Positions 40,816 through 55,726 of a stretch of DNA of 64,000 bases are shown in pieces. Where the stretch lies: NCBI GenBank assembly GCA_012295275.1, contig CM022665.1, forward strand, positions 13,764,001 to 13,828,000. Direction: 5' to 3'. The notes under the pieces are model-generated. The model saw nothing but the letters and a program-made list of their open reading frames with translations. It was not told the DNA's origin and did not search any database. Position numbers and translations under genes: made by a program. Numbering within the stretch: position 1 is the stretch's first letter; each line of letters starts with the position of its first letter. The stretch comes from Chrysomallon squamiferum. Its lineage: Eukaryota; Animalia; Mollusca.

Positions 40816-43800
40816 TGCATATGTTATTTCATTTTTTTCCCCTTAATATTTGAATCCTTCTTCCCCATTGATTTAATTTCTATTAAAGTTCAGCTGTTGC
40901 AGGTTTAGGATCAGTGTTCATTTCCTATACATTATTCATCACTTTTCAAGTCGAATGAATATTGACTTCATGCTTGACGTAACAAGGGAAATAATTGCGA
41001 AAAAAGTTAACGGTTGCATAGGCGATCGATTTAATTATCTAACTTTTTTATTTATTTATTTATTTATTATAAATAGCCTAATGAAATTAGTTTTTAATAT
41101 TATATATGAAATATAAAATAAGGAAAATAAAAAAAGTATGGACAAAGCTGACAATAATAACAGGTTTTATTTTTCATCGTTAATAATTAAGGAATGTTTG
41201 ATTATTTTATTTTTAAATGCAACTGCACTAAAATATATTTATTACTTTATTCGAATGATATGAGAAAGAGTGCGCATTTCCAATTAAAGACATTAAATAA
41301 ATTATATGTGTATTAAAATATTTTGGAACTGAGACGATTACGATGATAAATATGATGATGACAGTAATTTTAAAATTACAAATTTAAGTTACAATTTTGG
41401 CATATGTAGTTAATTTATTTCAGAATAATAAATAAATAAAATTAAAATCACTAAATTAAAATGAAATAAAATATTATGATTAATTTCAACAAATTATAAA
41501 ACAAATGAAAAAAAAATCATAAAAATTATATTACATTAAAATAACAATTTAAATAGTTTAATTCTTAAATTTCTCATTGGGAAAAATTAATAATATTAGA
41601 AAAAAATATATATCTGTCATATTTATTTATTTATTTATTTATTTATTGAAACACAATCCAATGCAATCGCTTTAGAAAAAAATACAATATTATACAATTT
41701 TTTTTAGCAACAATTCAAGGACAACGGCATTAAATAAAATATAATATAATACGTGATAATTCATTATGTTAAACAAAATTGAAAATACAGTTGTAACAAA
41801 AAAAATTAAAATATAATACAATACAATCACTCTACAAACAACGTTAATCCACATGCGATCGAAATGAATACGATAAATGAATATTACACATTAGATAATT
41901 ATTCATTCATTTATATAACGATATAAAATAATAATAAAATCGAAAGTAACAAAATAAACATAAAATTACTTAAAATTGAATTTTTCAAAATATTTTCACG
42001 AAGTAGTTTTAAAAATCATGTTAATAAAACACTATTTTGTCTCTCCTTTTGTTTTTTCTTCTTCTCTTTTTAATTTTTTTTTTTTGTTACATGGCATTGT
42101 GCAAGTGATTGGCTAACTTTCTAAAACAAGATTGTCTGGTGCTTTTTGCGCAGCTGTGTTGATAATTTGTATTTTTGTTTGTGTGCAAAATACTGCATCA
42201 ACATATTACATGATCGCCACGTCCTGTTTCCCTCACTTTCCTATTCTCGTCTTTCAAAAACGAAATTATTGCCCATGCGCATCGCGATTATTCTGGCAAG
42301 GTATCAAGATCAAGGTCAACCGAAATACTATTTTCACAATTACAAATCTTCATTTTCGTGCCAAGCCTCCAAATGGTGATCATCAGGAGTGGATTTAATT
42401 TCGAATATTGCTTCTTTTTAAAATTTTAAAGGATTTATTATTTATCGCAGTTTGGAAATGCTTCTTTAAAATCGTTTTCAAACAGCAACCAAATGAAATT
42501 TCATATCATTTATAAACTTATGTTGAAGGATAAAGCTTCGAAACGGAATTTTTAATGCCATTGTACAAAAGTTTAAATAATTTCCATCGAGGAAACTAAC
42601 AACCCAGTGTTTTACCAATAATGTGAGAGAAATTCTAAGTAGGAAAACTTTACATTTTGAGACACATATGTAGAGTGATCGTAATTAAATTTAATGTAAA
42701 CTCTTTTTCTGTGAAAATATCTTCTGTGTAGATTTTCTAAATTATAGTAAACAAGCTTTTATTCTGTAACCCATTTTGAAAACAATAAGGCGAAAAAATA
42801 CGAACAAATTATTTATTGAGAAAACAAAAAAATCCAGTAAGTTGGTTTAATTACAAAGCAAATAAACAACAAAAATTAACAACAAAAAAACAACAACACA
42901 GTCAATGTTGAACAGAAACGACAGAAAAATCATAAAGATTTGATAGAAACAACAGAAAAATAATATTCTGAACAGAATAAGAGAAAAAGAGAAAAAAGAG
43001 AAAATAAAATAGATGAAAAAACAACAAAAAAAACCCCCCAACAACAGCAACCTGATAATAAAAAACAAACAAAAGAAAGACAAAAAACATCACAAAAACA
43101 ATAATAAAATAAAATAAAATAATAAAAACTAAAAAAAAAAAAACACAAAAGAACAACAGCAACAAAATAACATAAATCGAAACCAGCCATGTAAATAAAT
43201 ATACAAGGAGACAACTGCAATAACAAAAATCAGACAGTGACCGATATTTTATTAAATTATTTTATAATATACAAAATAATAAATTACAATTTATAATAAA
43301 AATAACTCATTCAGTAATAATAAGTAAATATAAAAAGACCACTAAAAAAATCATTCTCTCTCTCTCACTCACACACCCACGCAGAAAGACCAACTAAAAT
43401 GAAAGAAAACAATTACAAGAAAAACAATTAGAAGAAAAATAAAGAATAAATAAATGAATGAAATAAAATAAACAAATAAATGAAAAAAATTATACAAATA
43501 AACAAACAAACAATAAAATAAAATAAAATATATAAATAAAGAAACAAATAAAATAAACTCTACAGATAAACGAACAAATAAATAAACAAACACAATAAAA
43601 TAACAAAATAAAATAAACTGTACAAATAAACGAACAAACAAACAAACAAACAAACAAACAAACAAACAAACAAATAAATAAATAAATAAAGAGATAACAA
43701 TTTTAATTATGTTTAACTGGAAAGAATATGACATTATGAAAAGACTGTAATACGACTCGCATGTTTCTAACTTAACTAATCTGTATTTTGTCAACTCCAG

Positions 43801-44769
43801 TCACTCGACAGTGAATTGTCAAGATGACATTTCTCCTGACTTGAGACTTTTCACACAAATAAAAACTACTACAACAATATATATATATATATGCTTAATT
43901 AGACTAAACATAGTTTTCATGAAAATATTTAGTTCGAATTTCTAACCTAAATATTATTAAATGTGGATTGAATATATAGTTTTTGTATATTATACCATCA
44001 ATGATTATTAGGTGTTAAATATAATTATAACATTTTAGTTTTGTTTTGATACTGGTGGTACTTCATGGGTTACGCATGTCGATTAAGAGAAGCAAATCTG
44101 GAATAGTTTTTCAATAATAGAGAAAAATTATATTGTTATCAGTTACATGATTATGTGAAATTAAATGATTAATTATTTTAAAAGAATGTAGAAAAAAGAA
44201 AGAAAAAAGATTTAAAAAATATTAAAATGTATATAATATTAATTATAAATATTTTCTTAACATTTACTTATATGTTTGTTTTTTCGTGTTGTTTTTTTAG
44301 TGGAGGGTAAATGTATTTATTTTAACTATTGTATTTGTTTGTTTATTTGTTTTCTTGCATGCTTACTTATTCAGTAATTCATTTATTTATTTAACTGCTT
44401 ATTTTTCATTTTTCATTTTCTATTTTAATTGTCGAAAATGAATTCACATGCATTTTAGAAAAACACAAAATACGTTTTTAATAACTTTAATAATTAGAAA
44501 TCAACAAAATCATTTTCTGTTAATTTACAAATTTAGTTATCTGATGTTCAGTACGTTTGCTCTTTTTACTATAGTTATATATTTTCTTTCTTCCTTTTTT
44601 CTAAAACAAACAAATAAAAATAGAAATACATATATAAAAAAAATAAATAAAAAGAACCATCAATTACCCCACCAAAAAAACAAAAAAAACCATCATCAAA
44701 AAATATACAACTACAAATTAATATAAAATTAACTAATATTTTGATATACATAGTGTTTATGTATCCACA

Positions 44770-44816
<47 letters not shown>

Positions 44817-44993
44817 ATATATATATATATATATATATTCAAACTTTGATAAAGAATAATTATATTGCAGAAATTATGCAAGAAAAACATGAGAAAACAA
44901 CAATTAATATTTCAGTAAACATAATAAATTTTAAAAATATTTTAATTTTCTAATGGTTAATAAAAAAATAATAATTGTACTACAGAAATAAAG

Positions 44994-45024
<31 letters not shown>

Positions 45025-45314
45025 CTGGTAGATAAATGTTGCATTCTCCGCTCAGTTTTTATCAAAGAGATAACATTAGATAATACTGTGTTTGTCACTT
45101 TTAAAATTATATTGAAATATATATAAATATATATATTTCAATTAATAGACATTTTTAGCTGTAATTGTGTAGATAAAATTATTTTGTTAACTTTTTATTT
45201 GATCCGAATTATAGTTTTTAATATGTTTATTTAATTATTTTATTTTAATATGCTTCATATTGTCAAAATTATTGAATGAGTAATATAAATCTTTTGTGAC
45301 ATATAAACAATAGC

Positions 45315-45409
<95 letters not shown>

Positions 45410-47219
45410 AATAAAATAAAATAAAATAAATAAGTTTTAAAATAAAAAAAGTTATGTTCTACAAAAATTACAAAAAAAGTTAATTACAATTCCATTTTGA
45501 TAATTTGTGATTGTAAAACGAAAAATAAATAAATAAACAAACAAACAAACAAACAAACAAACAAAAAATAAATAAAATAAAATAAAACATAAAAATCTGA
45601 GTTTTTTTTATGTCTCAACAATATTTAATTAGTATTTTCAAAACAAACGAACAAATAAATATATAAATAAACAGATAAATAAATAAATAAATAAATAAAT
45701 AAGTAATACAGTAAATAAAATCTATGTGTCAATGAATACCAAATATTTGATGTTTTCTTGGCGTCCACACCGTGTTTATTGAAATAATAAGAGTGAAGCG
45801 ATTCATAAGTTTTATTTAAATGTTTACCCTATTAGAGTAAACATTTAAGTTAGCTTTACCATATATGAACACACGGAAGCATATTTTCACGGACATTTTT
45901 GTAAAAAAAAAATAATTTCAACTTAATAATGTGGTTAGAAAGTCGATCACAGATATTTGCTAATACATTATTATTATTATTTTATTGTTGTTAATAATAT
46001 TATTATTGTTATTAGTTGTAGTAGTAGAAGTAGAGGTAGTAGCCGTAGTACACATATACGTACAAACGAACATACATATATTCACGTATAAATAGCTGCA
46101 TATGTTATAGAGAGCATACAAATAAATTATAAAAAATAAATAAGGAGATATGTATAAATGGATGGATGGATGGATGGATAAATAGATAGATAGATAGATA
46201 GACAGACAGATAGACAGACATACGGACAGATATAGAGACAGGCAGAGAAACAGTTACATAAACAGACAGATAGGTAAATAGACACAAAGATATAAACAGT
46301 CAGGCAGACAGATAAGATATGATAAAATAAATGTACAGAACAACTGCAATGTTGTATCTACAAACATGTTTTACTCTAAACTGACTTAATATAACTTTCT
46401 ATACGATAAAAGTCGTAATTAATAGCTTTAGCACCTAACGTTCTTCGAATATAAACACTGAACAAATCAAATACGTTGTAACGGTAATAACACAAAGAAA
46501 AGAAAACTAAATCATTCTATAGCAAAATATATGATCATTACATAATAATCACTAAAAATTACCCACACAAATAAACGAAAAAGAAAATGTTCTTTTAACT
46601 GTCCATGGCTGCGCCGCCATCTTCGTTGACGTAAAGAACTTTTCTAAATGAATCATTTACTTTTGCCCTGAATGAGCAAATTGCGATGAATCGGAGAATG
46701 ACATAATGATGAAGAGGATTTTTTTTTTTTTTTTTTTTTTTTTTTCAAAATTGTCATCGTGAAACACCTGGCCTGTATGTTACGGTTTGGAAAATGCTCT
46801 ATGCAAACTAAAAATCCATCTTCGCTTTCTAAACGCTGTTTTCGTTCGGAAGTGTTTGTGTGTTCGTAAAGTGGTGTCAAAAACTGGAGCTTTGAGCGGA
46901 TCTGTGGAAATACGGTATCTGACTTTACTGGCAAGATTCGTCAACGATTAGAAAAAGAAAAAGAAAGAAAGAAAGAAAGTGAAAAAAAGGAAAGAAGAAG
47001 AAGGAAACAAGTCTGATTAAAAAAAAAAAAAAAAAAAAGTAGAAAAAAGAGAGAGAGAAAAAGAGATGTGAAAAAGAAAATGCTGATTGGTCAATATAAA
47101 AAAACAATACCACCCCCAGAAATTAATAAAATTATAGGAAATTTTTAAATTTATTTATTTATTTGTCAGTTATGCGGTTTTGTACAGTGGTCATACGGGA
47201 AATAATACCCCGTCACATT

Positions 47220-47390
47220 TTACTGGGCTATTCTAATTGACTGCATTACTTTATATACATTTTCTCACAGACGCAGAGAACTGGCTGCAACTGAGAATAG
47301 CACTATGGTCAGGACCCAGGAACAACGATTCTGCTATCAGTCAAGCTTCAGGCCAGCTCCTGCAACAAACTGGATAACTCAGCTGTAAAC
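47220..47390. repeat. Degenerate SINE-like repeat copy
   Basis: TTTATATACATTTTCTCACAGAC...CTGGCTGCAACTGAGAATAG parallels TTTATATACACCTTTCCACAAAC...TTGCTGGAACAGGAAATA at ~9518-9595. Confidence 0.45.
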
Positions 47391-47579
47391 ATCGAATTTA
47401 TTATTACAGTTTAAATACTTAGACTGCTTAAAACACATAAATAAAATGGAGGATGAAAACGATGCTGAAGAAAAATATATAAAGATCAAACTAACAGATG
47501 AAAACAAGAAGCTAAATATTAGAATTATTCCGATATGTTGCAATTTTCATAATCGTATACACCTTTGTGTATATCTGTA

Positions 47580-47651
47580 TATCTGTCTGTCTGTCTGTCT
47601 ATCTGTCTGTCTATCTCTCTATCTCTCTATCTATCTATCTATCTATCTATC

Positions 47652-47702
<51 letters not shown>

Positions 47703-47740
47703 GTCTATCTATCTATCTATCTAGTTATCTATCTGTATCT
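47580..47740. repeat. (TCTA)n microsatellite
   Basis: Directly visible; source of the spurious YLSI-repeat ORFs. Confidence 0.95.
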
Positions 47741-47956
47741 ATATATATATAAAACTCGTCTAAATAATTTTTGAAAATAATCATTAATATAGAAAAGTAA
47801 CAAAATAATTGTCTGAGTATATATATATTGAAAACGACAGATATATACTCTCTCTATTACACACAAAAAAATATTTTTGGTTATTAATATATTAATAAAA
47901 ATTATTTATCTCAACTACATACTTAGATTTAATGACAAAAAAAAGAAAAGAAAACA

Positions 47957-47987
<31 letters not shown>

Positions 47988-49733
47988 TTATACATTTATA
48001 TTATGGTTTCACTTACTTTTACTAATTTAGTTTTATCATCTGTAAGTAAAACAAGGAACTATTCTCCTTTTCTGTTAAGTTCATTAATTACAGGATTTTG
48101 ATATTGGAAGATACACCGCAAAAGAAGAGAAAATAGCAGGCTCCATGATTATAGGTTTTTTTTTCAGATATGTATTATTTCATATTTAATTTCAGTAAAC
48201 TAACTATTTGCACTTAAATGGTAAGTACTGAAAATAATACAGTTTTTTTTATTTTTGTTTTAAAAATGATTGTAAATAGTGTTTATGTAAATTTTCTATA
48301 CAGTTATCTCCTCAAATTCATCTATTATAACATCTGACCTGTGGCTTTTGTTTCTAAAACCTGAGTAGAATACAGTTTGTTTTACTGTTTAATTAATATA
48401 TAAACTGTTATTACTGAAATTATTATTTATTGAAATTTTCAAATATTTTCATTTTTATATAATATTCAGCAGAAAATTCTTTACAATAGTAATGATTTTC
48501 AGTATTATTACTTCCAAAATTTAAACAACAACAACAGCAATAAAATAAATAATTAAATAAATAAATATAAATATAATAATAATAATAATAATAATAACGA
48601 AAAGATGTTTTCAATAGACTGTAAAAATTAAAATTAAATTATAGAAAAGCGTTTTGCTGAATTCGAAATGTAGCCTTTAAATAAATAAATACGGTTTTGA
48701 CTTAAATTTTCTATATTTATTCTAATTTTAAAAACATATATATTATTTTGTATTTTGTTGTTGTTGTTATTTATTCCTTTGTTTATTTATTTATTTTGAG
48801 TTTACATTCAAAACATATTTATATATATGTTCACTTGTCATTTACTGATTTTCAATACAAGTGTAATAATGTATAATGTTAACTTTGTCAGAATTTATTT
48901 GATAGATATGGGGAAAAGAAAGAATATTAATAAACTGAAATTATTAAATATGTATTATATATTTGTTTCATTCATCTTTCATACTGTAATAATACTGATT
49001 TATTGTTTTAAAAACAAAACAAATTAATAAACAACACCAAGAATAAAAAAAAAAAGATAAATAAAATGAATTAAAACAAGAAATAATCATAGGTGTGTGT
49101 CCATGTATAAAGCCATGCCCACTAGTTCCAGAAGAAAATATCAACATTTTAATACAACTGTGACAAAGAAATTGTTTTAACGGAGAGATACTTTCATGTT
49201 ACCATAGATGTATCTTTCATCATGGTGGACAGACACCACGTGCCTTTTCGCGCTAGTCTGTGCTTACCAGTTTCCGTCGACCACCCTGTTTCCGTTTGTT
49301 TATCAATATACATTCGTGACTAAAAGTCCCTCAGCAGTTAACGGGACCAAGATGGGCCACACATCTTGGTGTAAACATCTCCATTCATCGAAAATAACAC
49401 ACTTCATTCACAAAATGTGCTTTTCACGATTTACAAAGTTTCATCTTGTTTCCAGTCGCAGTTGCATGAACCAGTGTTAAAAAGTACGTGCTATGTTATT
49501 TAATATGCTTTGTTTCTTCCAAATCTTTTGTTTCATTTCCCGTATTTATATATCACTTGGCGTTAAATTTAGCAAAACAGTCCATTCATACTTTAGTGTG
49601 AGATACAAATATATGTGTGTATTTTAGAGTCTGGAGTGCTTGCCAGTTTTGACAATATTATGAAAACATATTTGGAAGATGTCGTTTACTGATACATTAA
49701 TATTTAGTTTTCTTTAGCCTGTTTAGGTGGAGG

Positions 49734-49736
<3 letters not shown>

Positions 49737-49811
<75 letters not shown>
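49737..49811. repeat. (GA)n microsatellite
   Basis: Perfect run. Confidence 0.95.
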
Positions 49812-49817
<6 letters not shown>

Positions 49818-50963
49818 GGTGACAGATAGACAGGCAGACAAACAAACAAACAGATAGACAGGCCTAAAAAGAGAGAGAGAAAGAACGTAAGATTATGAAG
49901 GAATATGAAGGAAAACATAATTTCATGTTTTTAATGAATATGAATTTCTTTTCCAAGATTTTTGGAATAGTTGTAATGTTTTAAGACAGCCTTTGCTGAA
50001 ACCGTAAATTCTTGTTATTATAAATATAAATTTACATATTAATCATATATACAAGAAAAAGAAATCATTTATCTTTTCTTCTGTTGCTAGTCTGTTGAAT
50101 ATGTTAATTTCAGTGGATTTATTTTGATAATATTTACAGCTTAAATAAAAAATTATTGGTTTTATCGCAACTGCTACACATTTTAAAATAATAAATACTG
50201 AGTGTCACTTGTATAATTTTGATACAGTCAAAATAATATTGATAATAAGCTTAATCAGCATTGCGTAATATAAAATAAGATGCAGTAACAATTTTCAAAA
50301 AACCTATCTAACGAAGTTATCAAGTTTTAAAGGTGTTAAAATAATAATAATAATAATGATGATAATAATAATAATAATTTATCGAAACGATATTTCAAAC
50401 TATTGCAGATTACCTCTGATTACTTCATTATGTATATTGTTTATGCGATAACACAACAGAATGACGCAAGACAATACCATGACGTCATATTCTGTGGATA
50501 AAAAGATTAGCAGATTTAAAGTTCGATAGTTTTTGAAATTATACAAGGTAAACATTTACTATTTTAATTTAATAATTTATATTGTCTTTCAGATATTCAT
50601 CAGTATTATTATGTATTTGTTTATAAGCTTCGTTACCGTAGTTTTAAATTTTATTAATTAGTTTATTTGTAAAATTCGGTATAACTATATTTTATTTTGT
50701 TAAATCATAATTTCAGTTTAAAAATAATAAACTGTCAGTATAATTAAATTTTATGAAGACGGTCAATAAATTATCCATTTTCTTGTAATAAGTAAGTCAA
50801 TGCAAAATGAAAGACCAGTTACGTAAATAAGAAAAATATGAAATTTTAAACTTATATTCAGTTTATTTAGTGATGGATTTATGAAACATTTTTTCTTTAT
50901 AAATACATTTTTGCTTTTCGTTTTCATTTTTATTTACTTTAAAAATTTTAGAATTTGTTTTAA

Positions 50964-50999
<36 letters not shown>

Positions 51000-51116
51000 A
51001 CAACTTGATTTTTAATTATAATTAAATAAAATATTTTTAGATAGTTAGATAAATAGATGAATGGAAGGATGAAAAGATTCTGTGTTCTAGGCAGAAAAAG
51101 GGCTGTTAGTGATAAT

Positions 51117-51118
<2 letters not shown>

Positions 51119-51199
<81 letters not shown>
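51119..51199. repeat. (AG)n microsatellite
   Basis: Perfect run. Confidence 0.95.
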
Positions 51200-51201
<2 letters not shown>

Positions 51202-52447
51202 TCTTGTTAATTAATTATAAATTTCTTAGATTTCAAACAAATGATGTTACAATGCTTACTTTGTTTATTTGATGTTCGACACTGTTTAAGTTACTTGAAT
51301 CGTTAATCAATCAGACATCGCGTTTACACAACACGCATTCTTTGAAACACATATCATTTTCTACAGCTACTTCGAATCAAAGGTAAGGAAAGAAATATAT
51401 TTATAACACCTAATTGGCGAGACTGTTATTTATAACTTATAAAAATGTTTTCAAAAAGTTACCAATACCTTTGAACAGCTCTTCTAAGAGACTCGAAAAA
51501 GACAATCAAAAAAGAGAAATAAAACCCGAAGGCGCGTGCTCTGTCATCGGCGTAGGACAAAAGACTATTAGTGTTGATATTCAACGATCTCAAAAAAAAA
51601 AAAAAAAAAAAAGTGTCTGTCTGATATAGACTTTTAAAACGACCCAACAATATTTTTGCTCCATATCTGACACAAGAAGGCTTAATTAGTTACGACTGAA
51701 TAAGTTTCGGCGTAGAGAACCCGAGGGGATAAAAGGGGAGTAAGTGAGAGGGGGGGGGCGGTGGTGAGATAAAATAGAGGGAGATCGTTTTAATATTAAA
51801 ACATTTTTTTTTTCTTTCTTTCTTTCTTTCTCTCTCTCGAACTGCGACGCCGATTGTGTTATCGCCAACCGATCTGCCGAGGACGCAGACGTTGGAGAGA
51901 CAACATCGACGTTCACGTTGACTTAATGCTCTATGGAGCGATGCCCACGTCTTGTCCGACCACCCACATTTTATAACGCGGGTTATCAGTCATATCAAAA
52001 TAATGTATATAGGACAGCGCCGCAGTACTGTGAAGTTCTACTTAGCTACCAATGCAAAATGATTGAGGTTTTATAGTCTTCTTTTATCTTGTATTGAGTT
52101 GCCAGTGAGATCGTATCTACTGTCGTCACGAAAATAAGGGTGTCTAGTTCGGAGTCGAGTAGATTGGGTAGAATTTTAGGTGTTGAGATGGTTTAGGGAT
52201 TTTGCTTGTTATTTAAAAAAAAAAAAGAAAAAAAAAAAAGAAAACCAGCGGATAAAACGACTTTTACTTGCGTGTGATAATTCTTTGTATAATTTGTCAG
52301 TCATCACTTGTTAAATTACGTACGTGTGATACTTTTTAATTTTTTCAAAAAACGGTCTGAATTTATTAATGTTTTGTTTGTAAAGTCTGATCTTCAGTGG
52401 TTTTGTCAGTTAAAAGTTATTTTTTCTTTCTTTCTTTATTATCATTC

Positions 52448-52489
<42 letters not shown>

Positions 52490-55400
52490 GTAATAATAAT
52501 AATCATCATCATCATCATCATCACAGAGATAAAGAAAAGTAAAATGAGTGAAATTCTCGAGACTGTAACAAGGTTCAAGCGGAAATAAAATTATAATAAT
52601 CATTTAAAACTAAATTATCTATCTATCTGTCTGTCTGTCTGTCTAATCTGTCTATCTATCTGTGTGTGTGTGAGTGTGTGTGTGTATACATGATAAAAAT
52701 AAAATAAAAAAACCCTCTTTCAAGTCAAATTCATTTTTATTAAGTTTAAGCTTTCCGTTCATTCTTTGAACGGTGTATACAATTTTTATTGCCCAGGTGT
52801 TGAATCATAGGAGTAATATATATATATAAATTTTTTGTTTGTTTGTTTGTTTTGTTTGTTTGTTTTTTTTTTTTTAAATTCTTGAGATGTTCAATTTTCA
52901 TATCGTGAATTTTACGTAGAAACCCTAAACCTTTCATGGAATGTTTTAATATTTTTCTTTTATTCTCCGTGCGTATAAATGACTTTGAAAAATATTCACG
53001 AAAATCATAATTGCCAGGTTGGGGAAATCAAAAAATGAGCGTTTATATCTCAGTCCTAGATGTGACGGGAACACGTGTACATTTATTTGTTGATGAAGTA
53101 AATACAGTACATTTTATAGAGACAGTGAGCCACTTCTGACTGCCTGTTGAAATCTGTAATAGTAGAACTCTGAAAAATATTTTGAAATAAATTGTTGTTT
53201 TTTTTGTTTTTTTTTTATGAGAGAGAAAAGGCTATGATGAAAAGTGTGTGTATGTGATATGGATAAGTGTGTGGAACTATATATATACTTCTGTATGCTT
53301 ACCTGTCTGATTGCCTCTCTTTCTGTATGTCTTCCCATCGATTAATCAGTCCATCCGTATGTCCGTCTCTTTATCTTCATTGGTGTTTATCTGTTGGTGT
53401 GTTTGTGTGTGTGTGTGAGTATGAACATATGTGTATATGTAATCATATTTGTGTGTTTGTGTATGCATACATGTATTTATATATGTGTCTGTGTGTTTGT
53501 ACAAGAACATTTTTGTTGAGAACGGTTATTTATTATTATGCATGCAAATACCTACCTACCTACATATATACATACATCTACACATACACAAATACACACA
53601 CACATATACATATACATACAGACATTAATACACTCACACATACATATATGCATAATCTCTTACGTTCGGATTTTCTAATGTTAGAAAACGTAGCCATAAC
53701 CAGCCTTTCTAATGTTAACAAAATGTAACCATAACGAACATTCTAACGCAGTAGATAAGCAATCGGTCTTAAAACGTGTACGATCTGAGATCGCAACTCA
53801 TTATACCATATACTTACTGTTCTTATTTCAATCATCCAATGATTCACGTCAAATGTGACTGAAAATAGGTGTTAGAAAATTAAATTGTTATGATGTTTCG
53901 TTTTACGATATATTTTATATTGCGGGTGAATTGTCTTTTGATACCTTTCTCGTATTTCTGAAACATCGGACACCTGAAGTATTCCTGTCATGGACACAAT
54001 ATAGAAATATTGCTTCAAAATAGGATATGTTATTATTATTTTTTTTATTTTTATTTTTTTTGTTTGTTTTGTTTTTATTTATTTTATTATTATTTATTTT
54101 ATTAATTTCTAAGCTTCAAAATAAGAAAGTATATGTCAAGAACACGTATTATGGAAACTATATCTGATTTCGCTTAGAGGGAGAGTTGTATCAATATTTT
54201 TAAAACAATTCCTGCGCATCGACAATGGTTATAACACTAAACACATGACAGAGGACTTATTTCTTTTCATTGCTTAGAAACGTTATAATTTGTCATATGC
54301 AATTTCGGTATGAGAAAATGAAAGCACAGGTGAATTACAATATTTCTAAAATTAATTTCATTAATAACCAAGCCTGCCGTGGCTTTGGTGATCTTTACGC
54401 AGTCCTTAAAACCATTATTATATATCTTTACAGTTGACGGAATATTTCTGTAAGATGGAGGGTGTTGTTTTATATATTCTCATAAATAAAGCATCTTTTT
54501 AAAATTTTTTTTTTACTACATATTTAAGAAACTGCAACATTGAAAACGGTAATGTTGGTTACACAAACAAGCCAAAGTATATTTGTAAGAAGACTATAAA
54601 AAGGGACTATTTCGCGAATCCGCGTTTAAGTAATTCGAAACGTGTTCTTTTGTTCTGTTTTGTTTGTTTGTCACGTCGGCCATTAAGGCTACGTAGGTGT
54701 TCCTCGTTACGGGCGGGAATAACAAAAAAAGAAGTTAAAAAAATGTCGCCGCCCTGAAATCGAGATCTGGTAGTAACAACTTCTTGGACCCAAGAACGAC
54801 AACTGGTTTCCCCAAAGTTCCCATTGTGTGTCATGGTGTTCGCGATGTTTCGCCAAATTGTAAATATAATTAGTGATAAATTACAATATTTTTTCAACAC
54901 TGTCACTCGACCGGTGACTGAAAGTCGGTGGTACTTATTTGGTATGGCTTTTATACCTGTGTTATATTTAGCCGGTCTTTGACAAAAGATAAGTAAACTC
55001 GTGCGTAAAAAACAAACATGGCTCTCGGGGAGTAACTGGTCTTGTTTGCGATATAATAACACGAAAAACACAAACTGTACAACAGAGAGTCGAGAACCCA
55101 CGACTCGAGATAAACAGACAGTTACATTTATTTTCAGCAAAAAAATCTCAACTGAAGGGCGAAAAGGGCAGGGCAGAAGCGAAACATATGACACGCTCGG
55201 CAAATACGAAACTAATTATCAGTTTCGCTGACTCTGTTTAATGAAGGAACTCCCCTAACTGGCCGCACTAACGAGTGTAAGTTTAGATACATATGTTTGT
55301 TTCTCTTGCCATTATTCAAACAGTTGATGAAAAAAAGCGAAACTGTAAAAAATAAAATGAGGTTGATACAAGGTGGACGCTGAAAGGACACTGAAGCTAT

Positions 55401-55691
55401 GGCTTTCTCGATAAAAAGTTTAACATCAAGACCGTACTAGGAAAGTGATAAATGAACATACACCAAAGTCAGTCAACCATTTTTAAACTGAATGTATGTA
55501 TCGAACGATCAAGCACGTACGTCTTGGGCACACAATTCAGTAGCGCAGACTATATTTGTATCAGCAAATTAGAACTGGATGGCTTTATCACCGTTACACA
55601 GAAAGAGACAAAAGAAGAAAGCAGCTTAACCATGATGCCATAGCACATTGTACTAGAGAAAAAAAAGCCCATTATTCAGATAAACCTTTGA

Positions 55692-55726
<35 letters not shown>

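Noticed and set aside
46030-46050. AGAGGTAGTAG resembling let-7
   Set aside because: Lies in a degenerate (GTA)n repeat; the 3' half does not match and there is no hairpin.
52012-52021. GGACAGCGCC, the right half of an RE1/NRSE site
   Set aside because: The left half-site is missing and REST is not expected in a protostome.
54607-55203. Longest ORF in the gene-free region (198 aa, minus strand)
   Set aside because: Non-ATG start and no recognisable motif; its length is explained by locally higher GC.
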